This document shows, in pieces, positions 29,967-39,614 of a DNA stretch of 64,000 bases. Every line of letters starts with the position of its first letter. Within the stretch, counting starts at the first letter, position 1. The stretch is taken from the NCBI GenBank assembly GCA_041666205.1, contig JBAYHI010000003.1, positions 13,215-77,214 on the forward strand. Reading direction: 5' to 3'. Source of the stretch: Patescibacteria group bacterium. GTDB taxonomy: Bacteria > Patescibacteriota > Patescibacteriia > UBA9934. The notes beneath the pieces are model-generated. The model did not search any database. It was not told where the DNA came from and saw nothing but the letters and a program-made list of their open reading frames with translations. The position numbers and the translations under genes were made by a program.

Positions 29967-31424
29967 ATGGATTTTACACGCATTGAAAATTTTCAAGACG
30001 CTGTGGTGACTGTGATGGGTCTTGGGCGTTATAAACAAGGAAGTGGGCTGGGCGCTGCCAAGTGGCTTATTCGCCATGGCGCGCAAACCATTATTACGGA
30101 TTTGAAAGATCAAACCGAGCTTGAGGAATCCATGTCGCTCGTTACCGAGTGGTATGAAAAATATCGCACGCTGTACCCGAATCGCACGATTTACCAGCCG
30201 ATTTTTGTGCTGGGCGAACACCGCAAAGAAGATTTCACCGATGTAGACTGTGTGGTGCAAAATCCTGGGGTGCCGAGTGAATCAGAATTTATTCTTGCGG
30301 CAAAAGAAAAAGGCGTCTCCATCGAATCCGACGTCAGTTTATTTTTCCGTTATTGCCCGTATCCCATTATTGCGGTCACGGGAACAAAAGGGAAAACCAC
30401 CACCACCAAACTTATTGGCACCATGCTCGAGACACGCGACCCGCAAGCTGTGACGGCTGGGAATATCAAAGTGAGTCCGCTAGAAACGCTCGATGAACTG
30501 CTCACGCGTGGCGAGCCAACGCTTGTTGTATTGGAACTCTCGTCGTGGCTTTTGGAAAGTTTGCCACCGGCGTTTGCTGATCTCAAAAAAGGACCCGATA
30601 TCTCGATTCTTACCAATGTCTACCCGGATCACTTGAATCGCTATCCAAGTTATGGCGATTATATCCATTCAAAAGAAATTATTTTCCTCGATCAAACTGC
30701 CGATCAATATACGATTCTCAATTGGGATCACGAAACCGTGCGTTCCATGGAGCCGGAAGTAAAAGGGCATTTGTTTTGGTGCTCAAAAACGTATCAGAAA
30801 CACGATGGGTGTTTTGTAAAAGATGGGCAGGTGGTTATTCGCATGGGGGAGATTGAGGAAGTGGTGATTCCGGTTGCCGATATTGCGCTCAAAGGGGATC
30901 ACAATTTGGAAAATATCTTATCCTCGGTTTGTGCGGCGCGTTTGCGTGGTATTCCAGTTGAGTTGGTGCGTGAGGTTTTGAAGACCTTCCAAGGTGTTTC
31001 GGATCGCCAGGAATTGGTGCGTGAAGTTGATGAGATTTCGTATGTGAACGATACAACGGCTACGGCGCCTGACGCAGTGATTGCGGCGCTCAAACGCTTT
31101 GGAAACGATGGCGACATTATTCTCATTGCCGGCGGAGTTGATAAGAAGATGGATTTCAAGGGCATGGTTGAGGAAACCGTGAAAACGTGCAAACACGTGA
31201 TTTTATTTGATGGCGATGCGTCCGACATTATTGAAACAGGCATTGCGGGTCGGATTCCTGTGGAAACGCATGTGAAATCTATGAAAGAAGCCGTGCAAAA
31301 AGCAAAAGCCCTAGCAAAAACAGGCGATATTGTTTTGCTCTCGCCAGGTGCGGCAAGCTTCAATTTGTTTAAAAACGAATTTGATCGCGGAGAACAATTC
31401 CGCGAGGAAGTCCGTAACCTCTAA
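29967..31424 (+). CDS. murD: UDP-N-acetylmuramoyl-L-alanine--D-glutamate ligase
   Basis: AVTGTKGKTTT, LELSSW, PDHLNRY, YVNDT, LLSPGAASF..FDRGEQF. Confidence 0.95.
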   Translation: MDFTRIENFQDAVVTVMGLGRYKQGSGLGAAKWLIRHGAQTIITDLKDQTELEESMSLVTEWYEKYRTLYPNRTIYQPIFVLGEHRKEDFTDVDCVVQNPGVPSESEFILAAKEKGVSIESDVSLFFRYCPYPIIAVTGTKGKTTTTKLIGTMLETRDPQAVTAGNIKVSPLETLDELLTRGEPTLVVLELSSWLLESLPPAFADLKKGPDISILTNVYPDHLNRYPSYGDYIHSKEIIFLDQTADQYTILNWDHETVRSMEPEVKGHLFWCSKTYQKHDGCFVKDGQVVIRMGEIEEVVIPVADIALKGDHNLENILSSVCAARLRGIPVELVREVLKTFQGVSDRQELVREVDEISYVNDTTATAPDAVIAALKRFGNDGDIILIAGGVDKKMDFKGMVEETVKTCKHVILFDGDASDIIETGIAGRIPVETHVKSMKEAVQKAKALAKTGDIVLLSPGAASFNLFKNEFDRGEQFREEVRNL

Positions 31425-31426
31425 CC

Positions 31427-32755
31427 ATGACGCTCAAATCGCTCATTCGTCCATTTATTCCAGCGCTCGTTTTCCGTGCGTATCATTTTGCCTTAGCCGC
31501 AAGCGCAGCGATTTTTTACGGAAATCCTTCCTCCAAAATGATTGTGATTGGGGTCACGGGCACGAATGGAAAATCCTCAACCGTGCAATTTATTTCTCAG
31601 CTCCTTGATTATCTTGGGTATAAAAACGGCTATACAACCACGGCAGGGTTTTCCATTGCGGGTCAGCAAATCGAAAATCGCATGAAAATGACCATGCCAG
31701 GGCGATTCTATTTGCAGCGCTTGCTAAGCGATATGCAAAAAGCCGGATGCGCATATGCGCTGGTGGAAACGTCTTCGCAAGGCCTTGATCAATATCGTCA
31801 TTTGGGCGTGAATTATGACGCAGCGCTTTTCACAAATCTCACGCCAGAACATATTGAAGCGCATGGCGGATTCGATGCGTATAAGCGCGCAAAGGGAAAA
31901 CTATTTGCGCATCTCACACAGTTGCCAGAGAAAGTAATTGACAGCAAGGAGATTCCAAAAACGATTCTCGTAAACGACGATGATCCGCACGCGGATTATT
32001 TTGCATCGTTTCCGTCCGATCGTACGATTCGATTTGGGTGGAACAGTGCGGAGTCTAGTCGCGATCGCCTTGTTGCGCACTACCATGTGAACACCGCGTC
32101 GCATACAACCTTTGAGGTGAATGGGGTGCCGATGCAAACATCGCTTCGTGCCGCGTATCAACATAAAAATATTTTGGCCGCGATTGCAGCCGTATATGCG
32201 TACGACATTCCTCTTACGGAAATTGCAGAAGCGGTTGAGAAATTACAACCAATCCCCGGGCGATTTGAATCTGTTGATCTGGGTCAACCGTTTCATGTGA
32301 TTGTCGATTATGCCTATGAGCCGTATGCGCTCGAAGCCTTGTATGAGGCCGCAAAGATTTTGAAACCAAAACGCGTGATCGGCGTTCATGGCTCGGCAGG
32401 CGGGGGACGCGATATTGCGCGACGCGTGGAAATCGGCAAACTCGCTGGGGAAAAAGAAGAGATTGTGTTTGTTACAAATGAAGATCCGTACGATGAAGAT
32501 CCGCGCCAGATCATTGAGCAGGTTGCGGAGGGCGCAAAACTCGTTGGCAAGGTTGAAAGCAAAGATTTACGATTGGTGACAGACCGCGCGGAAGCGATTG
32601 CGCAAGCGATCGGGGAAGCGCAAGAAGGCGACCTTGTATTGATCACGGGCAAAGGTTCGGAGCCAGTGATGGCTGTGGCAAATGGGAAGAAAATTCCTTG
32701 GAGTGATTTACAAGAAGCAAAAAACGCTCTACATTCATTAGGATATGGCGCTTGA
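31427..32755 (+). CDS. murE: UDP-N-acetylmuramyl-tripeptide synthetase
   Basis: GVTGTNGKSST, ETSSQG, FTNLTPEH, PGRFE, VDYA, EDPYDEDP. Confidence 0.9.
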   Translation: MTLKSLIRPFIPALVFRAYHFALAASAAIFYGNPSSKMIVIGVTGTNGKSSTVQFISQLLDYLGYKNGYTTTAGFSIAGQQIENRMKMTMPGRFYLQRLLSDMQKAGCAYALVETSSQGLDQYRHLGVNYDAALFTNLTPEHIEAHGGFDAYKRAKGKLFAHLTQLPEKVIDSKEIPKTILVNDDDPHADYFASFPSDRTIRFGWNSAESSRDRLVAHYHVNTASHTTFEVNGVPMQTSLRAAYQHKNILAAIAAVYAYDIPLTEIAEAVEKLQPIPGRFESVDLGQPFHVIVDYAYEPYALEALYEAAKILKPKRVIGVHGSAGGGRDIARRVEIGKLAGEKEEIVFVTNEDPYDEDPRQIIEQVAEGAKLVGKVESKDLRLVTDRAEAIAQAIGEAQEGDLVLITGKGSEPVMAVANGKKIPWSDLQEAKNALHSLGYGA

Positions 32756-33290
32756 ATTTGTAAAATTTAATCCAAATGAGGAAATCGTTGGCGTGGTTCG
32801 CCAGAGTAGTTTATTGGCCTGGCCACGGTTGGCGCTTGCTGGGCTTTGGTTTTTGCTTCCGTTTTTTTTCTTTTTCCCTCTGCTTTCTTTGGGCCTAAGC
32901 GGATTTGCGATTTTTTTGGCACTCGCCGCCTCTGGAATGTATGTGGCATTTCGTACTTGGCTTCGATGGCGCAATACGGTTTTGTTCATTACCAATGAAC
33001 GGGTGATTGATGTGGTGCAACAAGGATTATTTGATCATGAGATTTCCGATTTGGCACTCCAGGATGTAAGTGATGTGCGGGTAGAGAAAAAAGGATGGAT
33101 TGCAAAGCGGCTTGATCTTGGGGTCTTGACCCTAGAGACCATCAAATCAAGCGAATTTGATTTGCGCATGGAAGGTGTGTCGCATTCAGAGCGTGTGCGT
33201 GATCTGATTTTAGAGCTCGCACTCCTTTCGCAAGGAAAAACGCTTCCAACAGAATTCTCCCATGAACGTATTGCCTATGATGAAGCATGA
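32745..33290 (+). CDS. Membrane protein with bacterial PH (bPH_2-like) domain
   Basis: Two TMs then ITNERVIDVVQQGLF. Confidence 0.75.
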   Translation: MALEFVKFNPNEEIVGVVRQSSLLAWPRLALAGLWFLLPFFFFFPLLSLGLSGFAIFLALAASGMYVAFRTWLRWRNTVLFITNERVIDVVQQGLFDHEISDLALQDVSDVRVEKKGWIAKRLDLGVLTLETIKSSEFDLRMEGVSHSERVRDLILELALLSQGKTLPTEFSHERIAYDEA

Positions 33291-33678
33291 TCGCCCACGC
33301 GGAAAAAAATGGCGATGGTTCTTGGCAATGAACCTTGGGGTTTTTGTTTTTTTGGGCATGGCATTCGGCCGAGAATACGTTGGTCATTTACAAGTAGAGC
33401 ATGAAATTGCTCGCCTGCAAGCGGAGTACACCGATGTCGTGGATTCACAACTGGAGACTGTTTCGCTCTTGAGCCAGCTTGCAAGTCCGTATTATTTGGA
33501 GGGTGAGGCGCGCGTCAAACAAGGTCTTGGTAAAGATGGGGAAACGCTCCTGGTCATTGAAACGCCTCAGGTGACAACGTCCTCCGCGTCCGCGAGCGAG
33601 GAGCGTGTGATTTCAAATCCGATCAATTGGTTTTATTATTTTTTTGATGCCTCAGGCGCGATGCGCCAATCCTTATGA
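33262..33678 (+). CDS. Septum formation initiator (FtsB/DivIC-like)
   Basis: Single TM, coiled coil, YLEGEARVKQGL.K.GE. Confidence 0.7.
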   Translation: MNVLPMMKHDRPRGKKWRWFLAMNLGVFVFLGMAFGREYVGHLQVEHEIARLQAEYTDVVDSQLETVSLLSQLASPYYLEGEARVKQGLGKDGETLLVIETPQVTTSSASASEERVISNPINWFYYFFDASGAMRQSL

Positions 33679-34565
33679 CGCTCGTGCCACGCGCCTATCG
33701 TGACGAGTCCGCATCGTTTTACCCGGTGCGGTTTTTGCATATTTTTATTCTGGTCTGTGCATTACTGGCATTGGTTGGGGGGATTTTTGGTGTGGTTGCG
33801 TTTTATCAATCCCATTGGTTTACCCCGGCTTCGCGCACGATTGCGCGTATCCTTCCATTGCCCGTGGCGCTTCTTGACTATACGCCGGTTTGGTATTACG
33901 AGGCAGCGGATTTTGCCGCGGTATTTGATGTGTACGGAGATAATGGGGAGGTGTTGGACGATCCATTTGAATCTGGAATAGCGCGCGCCATTGATTATAA
34001 ATTGCTCCATGAATTTACCCGTGAACGCGGCGTGACCGTTTCCCGGCAAGACATGAATGCGTACCCGGTCGAGGCGGCAGATTTAGAAACATTTTTAGAC
34101 GATACGCATTGGAATCAGCGGCAATACAATCAGTACGTGATTGAGCCACTGCTCGCGGCACAAGAACTGGAAACCATGATTTTAGCTTCGGAAGAAGATC
34201 AGCGCACGGTCGTTGCGGAAATGGAATCGATTTTGGAGCGCATTGATTTGGGGGTTGCATTTGGAGACCTGGCAACACAGTATTCTGACGACCCATCTTC
34301 GGATTATGCTGGGATCTTGGGGTTCCTCGAAGCGAGCGCATTTCAAAATGGACTCACACCGATTTTTGATCTTCCGGTGGGCTATATTTCTCCAATCTTG
34401 GAGGCAGAAACGTATTTTGTGGTCGCCAAGGTTTTGGATGAAGTTGTGATAGATGGCGTCCGCACGCAAGTGAATATTCAAATTATTACAAAGAATAAGA
34501 ATGGATTGCAGGAGGTTTTTGAAGATTATAAACAATCAAAAACCATCCGAAACCTCATTCCGTAG
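33675..34565 (+). CDS. SurA/PrsA-like foldase (parvulin PPIase domain)
   Basis: N-terminal TM; FGDLATQYSDDPSS..AGILG parvulin motif. Confidence 0.75.
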   Translation: MTLVPRAYRDESASFYPVRFLHIFILVCALLALVGGIFGVVAFYQSHWFTPASRTIARILPLPVALLDYTPVWYYEAADFAAVFDVYGDNGEVLDDPFESGIARAIDYKLLHEFTRERGVTVSRQDMNAYPVEAADLETFLDDTHWNQRQYNQYVIEPLLAAQELETMILASEEDQRTVVAEMESILERIDLGVAFGDLATQYSDDPSSDYAGILGFLEASAFQNGLTPIFDLPVGYISPILEAETYFVVAKVLDEVVIDGVRTQVNIQIITKNKNGLQEVFEDYKQSKTIRNLIP

Positions 34566-34607
34566 GTCTCGACAACACGAAAAACTTGTGTTATAACGTC
34601 ACAACCT

Positions 34608-34683
34608 GCGGTAGTAGCTCAGTTGGTAGAGCATTTGCTTCCCAAGCAAAGGGTCGCCGGTCCGAATCCGGTCTACCGCTCCA
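34608..34683 (+). tRNA. tRNA-Gly(CCC)
   Basis: 76 nt: acceptor GCGGTAG/CTACCGC, anticodon TT-CCC-AA, T-loop TCCGAAT, CCA. Confidence 0.93.
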
Positions 34684-34971
34684 CCGAGCTTAGCTCGGTT
34701 TCTGTAAGATGATGGACGCTCAGCGTCCATCAAGGAAACAAAAAGTTTGCTAAGCTCGGTGGCCAGTCACGCTAAGCGTGACCACAAAGAAACCGAATTA
34801 CAGCGCTTAACGTTAGCCTCAGTTTGAGGTAAGTGTTCTTAAACAAGGTGAGCGTCTTGGATTTTACAGCCGGCTAGAAGAGAGATCGGTTTTCATGCCC
34901 ATTGTAAATTGCAAACCTGAAGGATTGCGTATAAATTTGGATAAAAAGCGCAGTTCTTGATAAGGTGAGCG

Positions 34972-35080
34972 TATAAATTTTGGACTGATGCTAGGAGACG
35001 AGGGAGCGACGACGAGCCGTACCCAGATGTACGGTGAGGAGGCGCGCACCGAGGCGACAACGCAGCAGACAAAATTTATA
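34972..35080. repeat. 109-bp MITE-like element, copy 2
   Basis: TATAAATTT...AAATTTATA ends; inverted homolog of 8917-9025. Confidence 0.8.
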
Positions 35081-35091
35081 GCGAACAATAT

Positions 35092-35167
35092 GCCATCGTA
35101 GCTCAGCTGGTAGAGCAATGCTTTCGTAAAGCAGAGGTCGGCGGTTCGAATCCGCCCGATGGCTCCA
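35092..35167 (+). tRNA. tRNA-Thr(CGT)
   Basis: 76 nt: acceptor GCCATCG/CGATGGC, anticodon TT-CGT-AA, TTCGAAT, CCA. Confidence 0.95.
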
Positions 35168-35268
35168 TCCCGTTAGAGATTAAGTAGATCAACATATCTG
35201 ATGTGAGACTAGTAACGTCGTTGCTACTCCCAGCTCAAAGCTGTTGGCCACTCTATCTCTAACGGGAT
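35167..35268. repeat. Palindromic element with 14-bp perfect terminal inverted repeat
   Basis: ATCCCGTTAGAGAT (35167-35180) / ATCTCTAACGGGAT (35255-35268). Confidence 0.8.
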
Positions 35269-35279
35269 CCATAACGTGT

Positions 35280-35540
35280 ATGTATTTTACGTACGTTCTA
35301 CGAAACGAAAAATTGCAAATATACGTTGGTTACACGAATGATCTTCAAAAACGTTTTTCTTTGCACCAAGAGAAGAAAGTATTCTCTACTCGACGAATGG
35401 GAGGCACTTGGACACTAATCTATTACGAGGCTTGTCTGAACCAATTTGATGCCTTGGCCCGAGAACGCTATTTGAAAAGTGGCCCTGGTCGCGCATTTCT
35501 TAGAAAACGCATTCCGCATACTTTGACCAAACCAATGTAA
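35280..35540 (+). CDS. Small GIY-YIG endonuclease family protein
   Basis: YFTYVL...IYVGYTNDLQKRFSLH...LIYYEA...ALARERYLKS. Confidence 0.9.
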   Translation: MYFTYVLRNEKLQIYVGYTNDLQKRFSLHQEKKVFSTRRMGGTWTLIYYEACLNQFDALARERYLKSGPGRAFLRKRIPHTLTKPM

Positions 35541-35569
35541 ACCACCCCGTCTGCGGGGTGTTTTGTGTT
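35539..35569 (+). terminator. Terminator-like hairpin, direct-repeat copy 1 (copy 2 at 36424-36454)
   Basis: CACCCC-N-GGGGTG followed by TTTTG; 29/31 identical to copy 2. Confidence 0.7.
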
Positions 35570-35585
35570 TCTATGGCCCCGGCTC

Positions 35586-35641
35586 TTGACAGGAATGTTA
35601 GAATGATATAACATCAAAACAATGTTACTTAATTCTAACTT
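35586..35641 (+). promoter_or_regulatory. sigma70 promoter with two candidate XRE operators
   Basis: TTGACA-17-TAACAT; ATGTTA-N8-TAACAT (35595-35614) and ATGTTA-N8-TAACTT (35622-35641). Confidence 0.7.
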
Positions 35642-35642
35642 T

Positions 35643-36215
35643 ATGACAGAAAAAGAATTTCGAGTTTACAATCTGGTTGCGACGATGATTATTGGGTTTG
35701 TGAGCTCATTGCTTTTCCAGAACGAGCTATATTGGTTATTCGGGCTCGTATGGATTCTTCTTGGTCTTGCCGTTTGGTTTGTACAACGCCGTGTAAAGGG
35801 AGTTGTAGTCGATGAACGAGATCGCGAACTTGAAGCTCGTGCGGCTCGATATGCCATGTGGAGTTATTCAACGATCGGCATGATTGTCGTCCTGGTATTG
35901 CTGTCGTTCCAGTCTGTTAATCCCATTTTTGAAACGATTGCGATGACTCTCCTTTGCACTTTGTTTGGGTTCGTTCTGGTTTTTTTGTGTATTTTTCTTT
36001 TCCTAAAGCAAACGACCGCATCAATTGTTGGCGCATGCGTCATTATTGGTCTTTCGTTGTTCATGCTGATGGCATTCTCCGGCATATTCTATACGGAACT
36101 CATGGGTGGCCAAGATATGTGGGGGTGCGAAGATGGTGCGTGGGTGTTGATTCGAGACGGAAAAATCGATGTCCCGATGCCGACCGAAACGTGCGCGCAA
36201 CGGATGCCGATGTAA
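35643..36215 (+). CDS. DUF2178-like membrane protein
   Basis: [16 protein letters not shown] motif between TMs; upstream of XRE gene; start could be 35622. Confidence 0.75.
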   Translation: MTEKEFRVYNLVATMIIGFVSSLLFQNELYWLFGLVWILLGLAVWFVQRRVKGVVVDERDRELEARAARYAMWSYSTIGMIVVLVLLSFQSVNPIFETIAMTLLCTLFGFVLVFLCIFLFLKQTTASIVGACVIIGLSLFMLMAFSGIFYTELMGGQDMWGCEDGAWVLIRDGKIDVPMPTETCAQRMPM

Positions 36216-36222
36216 ACAGGAT

Positions 36223-36411
36223 ATGGAAAATAACATTAAAGAACTTCGCGCGAAGTTTAAGATGACGCAGGAAGATCTCGCGAATAAAGTTCGCGTGCGG
36301 CGCGAAACCATCGTCTTCCTGGAACAGGGAAAATACAATCCGTCTCTTCGGCTCGCGCACGATGTCGCAGACGCCCTGAAAACGACCATTGACGAGTTAT
36401 TCCAATTCTAA
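36223..36411 (+). CDS. XRE-family HTH transcriptional regulator
   Basis: NNIKELR...[26 protein letters not shown]. Confidence 0.93.
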   Translation: MENNIKELRAKFKMTQEDLANKVRVRRETIVFLEQGKYNPSLRLAHDVADALKTTIDELFQF

Positions 36412-36465
36412 AATTCTTTTTACAAACCACCCCATCCGCGGGGTGTTTTGTGTTATAATATCCCC

Positions 36466-37149
36466 ATGATTGAACTGCGCAATGTCACAAAGCATTACGC
36501 GCCTCATACAAATGCTCTCAAGAGCATTTCTTTGCATATCCGGCCCGGGGAATTTGTGTCCGTGGTCGGGCAAAGCGGTTCGGGGAAAACCACACTCGCA
36601 AAACTGCTTTTTGCCGAGGAACGTCCCACGAAGGGGAAAATTATTATTGGCGATTGGGACATTTCCGCCATTCATCAACACGAGATTCCGATTTTGCGTC
36701 GTCAAATTGGGGTGGTATTCCAAGATTACAAGCTCCTACAGCGCAAAACGATTTTCGAAAATATTGCATTCGCACTAGAAGTTGCCGGCGCACCACAAAA
36801 AACGATCCGTGATATCGTGCCCAACGTGTTGAAAATCGTAGGGCTTGGCGATAAAAAAGATCGCTATCCACGCCAACTATCCGGTGGCGAGCAACAACGT
36901 GTTTCCATTGCGCGATCGCTTGTGCATCGCCCAAAAATTTTGGTTGCCGATGAGCCTACGGGAAATCTTGATGCCATCCATTCCCATGAAATTATCGAAC
37001 TCTTGAAGCGCATCAATGAATATGGCACCACGGTCGTGCTTGTTACACACGATCGTGAAATTGTGAACGCTCTCAAAAAACGGGTGATCACGCTTCAGGA
37101 TGGCGAAATCGCGTCTGATATTGAACACGGTAAATACATTCTTTCATGA
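36466..37149 (+). CDS. ftsE: Cell division ATP-binding protein FtsE
   Basis: [41 protein letters not shown]. Confidence 0.95.
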   Translation: MIELRNVTKHYAPHTNALKSISLHIRPGEFVSVVGQSGSGKTTLAKLLFAEERPTKGKIIIGDWDISAIHQHEIPILRRQIGVVFQDYKLLQRKTIFENIAFALEVAGAPQKTIRDIVPNVLKIVGLGDKKDRYPRQLSGGEQQRVSIARSLVHRPKILVADEPTGNLDAIHSHEIIELLKRINEYGTTVVLVTHDREIVNALKKRVITLQDGEIASDIEHGKYILS

Positions 37150-38066
37150 GCCTCTATCTTTCTACGATGCGTGTTTTTCGATTCACCTTCCAGAATATCT
37201 TCCGAAATTTCTGGCTCTCGTTTGTGTCCATGACGGTTTTTGTGCTCACGCTCCTTACGGTGAACTGTGTCATCATCATGAACGTGCTAGCAAGCGCTAC
37301 GCTCGAAAGCGTTGAACGCAAAGTTGAAGTCACCATTTATTTCAATGCCGATGCTACGGAAGATTTGGTGAAGGGCGCACAAGGGTATTTGCTGGGCTTG
37401 CCGCAGGTGCGTGATGTTTCGTATATTTCCGACGCCGATGCGCTCGATGCATTTATGCGAGCAAATGCCAATGATCCATTGGTGCTTGAATCGCTTGAAG
37501 AACTCGATCGCAATCCGTTTGGTCATTCTTTGGTGGTGTCTGCACATTCCTCTGACGATTTTCCATTTATTCTTGAAGCGATTGAAACCCCTGAGTTCTC
37601 CCCATTCATCAAAGAAAAAGATACAGCCGACTATGATCGGATCATTGAGGGCATTCAAAATTTGAGCACCAAAGTCCGTTGGGGCGGCATTGCCTTGGCA
37701 GGATTTTTCGCGCTCGTTGCCATGCTCATTATTTTCAATACGATTCGCGTTGCCATTTATGTGCATCGTGAAGAAATCGGCATTATGAAGCTTGTGGGTG
37801 CAAACGATTGGTTTGTGCGCGGTCCGTTTATTTTAGAATCTCTCATTTACAGCGCAGTGGCAGCTCTCGTAATGCTTGGGTTGATTGCCTTGGTGCTTGG
37901 CGCCATGCAACCATGGATTTTGCGTTTCTTTGGCGACATTGATACGAGCCTTTCGGCGTATTATTGGAAAAACGGACTCTGGATTTTTGGTGGGCAGTGG
38001 ATCGCGCTCTCGGTCCTCAGCCTCGCAACCACCTTTATTGCCATGCGACGCTACCTTCGGGTATAG
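37146..38066 (+). CDS. ftsX: Cell division permease FtsX
   Basis: Overlaps ftsE; IFNTIR...REEIGIMKLVGA..WFVRGPFILE. Confidence 0.95.
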   Translation: MSLYLSTMRVFRFTFQNIFRNFWLSFVSMTVFVLTLLTVNCVIIMNVLASATLESVERKVEVTIYFNADATEDLVKGAQGYLLGLPQVRDVSYISDADALDAFMRANANDPLVLESLEELDRNPFGHSLVVSAHSSDDFPFILEAIETPEFSPFIKEKDTADYDRIIEGIQNLSTKVRWGGIALAGFFALVAMLIIFNTIRVAIYVHREEIGIMKLVGANDWFVRGPFILESLIYSAVAALVMLGLIALVLGAMQPWILRFFGDIDTSLSAYYWKNGLWIFGGQWIALSVLSLATTFIAMRRYLRV

Positions 38067-38091
38067 TCTGTCTTCAATTGATTTTGATCCT

Positions 38092-39576
38092 ATGCCTCAA
38101 ATCGGACAATACGGCAAACATCGGTTCTGGGAAATCATTCCCGGACTTTTGATATGGACCACGTTTTTCTTGGCAATTTTTTGTTCGTTTTTTGTGCCAA
38201 TCGCTGCGGTCATCTTCATTCTGGTGTTTGATTTGTATTGGACCATGCGTGTAATTTATTTTATCGTGCATGTCTTTGCGTCCTATAAAGAATATCGTCG
38301 AGTCCTCCGGACAAATTGGCAAGAAGAGGTGAAAGAAATTCCAACTTGGGAGCGCATCTATCATTTGGTGATGCTCCCAACGTATAAAGAAGATATTTCG
38401 ATTTTGCGGCATTCCTTGAATGCGTTAGTGGCGAGCAATTATCGGCATGATCGATTTTTTGTCGTGCTTGGTGGGGAAGAAGGGGACTTGGAGAATTTCA
38501 TGAAGTGTAAAGAAATTCTTGAAAAAGAATTTGCAGGGAAATTTTCAGAGCTTATGTTTACCGTACACCCGCGTGGATTGGGTGACGAAATTCCGGGAAA
38601 AGGATCGAATTTGCACTGGATGGCGACCCAGGTTCAGAAGCGCATTGATAAGCTGGGAATTCCCTACGAAGATATTGTGGTCTCAGCGTTTGATGTGGAT
38701 ACGATTGCGCACCCACAGTATTTTGCGCGTCTTTCATGGCTGTATCTTACGGTTCCCAATGCCATGCATTCGTCGTATCAACCGCTCAATCTTTTTTCAA
38801 ATAATATTTGGTATGCCACGGCACCGGTGCGCGTTTCCGCGTTTGGAACCACATTTTGGCTTCTCACGGATTTGGTGCGCCCGGAACGCTTGTGGACATT
38901 TTCCTCACATTCCATGCCATGGAAAATGCTCGTGGACGTGGGATTTTGGGAAACGAATATGGTTTCAGAGGATTCACGCATCTTTATGCAGGGCTTCATT
39001 CGTTACAATGGCGATTACCGCGTGACATCGATGTTTTTGCCCGTGCATATGGATGCGGTTGAGGGCGATGGGTATTGGGATAGTTTGAAAGCACTTTATA
39101 AGCAACAGCGACGTTGGGCGTGGGGCGTGGAGCATTTTCCCTATATGCTCGAGAAGTTCCGCGGAAATAAACTGATCCCACGACATCTCAAATGGAAATT
39201 CATTTTCAATCACATGGAAGGGATGTATACGTGGGCCACGGCTCCGCTTCTCATTTTTATTCTCGGGTATTTGCCGTTTTATGTGCATAGCGGTTCGGGT
39301 GCCACCGCGCTTTTCACAAATTCGCCGTTTACGTTGGAGCTCATGATGCAGGTTGCAACCGTTGGCGTATTCGTTTCAGGATTTTTTAGTTTCCTCTTCT
39401 TGCCATCTCGTCCGCAAGATATTCGCCCGTGGACCTGGCTTATTATGGTCCTCCAGTGGGTGATGCTCCCGGTCACATTCATCCTTTTTGGGGCATTTCC
39501 CGCAATCGATGCGCAAACCCGCATGATGCTTGGCAAATATCTGGGGTTCAATGTCACCAAAAAAATCGCGAAATAA
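38092..39576 (+). CDS. Membrane-bound GT2 glycosyltransferase (processive-type motifs)
   Basis: LPTYKE, GKGSN, DVD, SED, QQRRW (QxxRW) with flanking TMs. Confidence 0.85.
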   Translation: MPQIGQYGKHRFWEIIPGLLIWTTFFLAIFCSFFVPIAAVIFILVFDLYWTMRVIYFIVHVFASYKEYRRVLRTNWQEEVKEIPTWERIYHLVMLPTYKEDISILRHSLNALVASNYRHDRFFVVLGGEEGDLENFMKCKEILEKEFAGKFSELMFTVHPRGLGDEIPGKGSNLHWMATQVQKRIDKLGIPYEDIVVSAFDVDTIAHPQYFARLSWLYLTVPNAMHSSYQPLNLFSNNIWYATAPVRVSAFGTTFWLLTDLVRPERLWTFSSHSMPWKMLVDVGFWETNMVSEDSRIFMQGFIRYNGDYRVTSMFLPVHMDAVEGDGYWDSLKALYKQQRRWAWGVEHFPYMLEKFRGNKLIPRHLKWKFIFNHMEGMYTWATAPLLIFILGYLPFYVHSGSGATALFTNSPFTLELMMQVATVGVFVSGFFSFLFLPSRPQDIRPWTWLIMVLQWVMLPVTFILFGAFPAIDAQTRMMLGKYLGFNVTKKIAK

Positions 39577-39614
39577 TTTTTGACCGCAATATCCCTTAGG
39601 GGTAAGCTCTGCCT

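Noticed and set aside
34655-34675. tRNA-Gly T-loop TCCGAAT instead of TTCGAAT as a sign of pseudogenisation
   Set aside because: All stems, anticodon and CCA are intact; a single loop variant is not enough evidence
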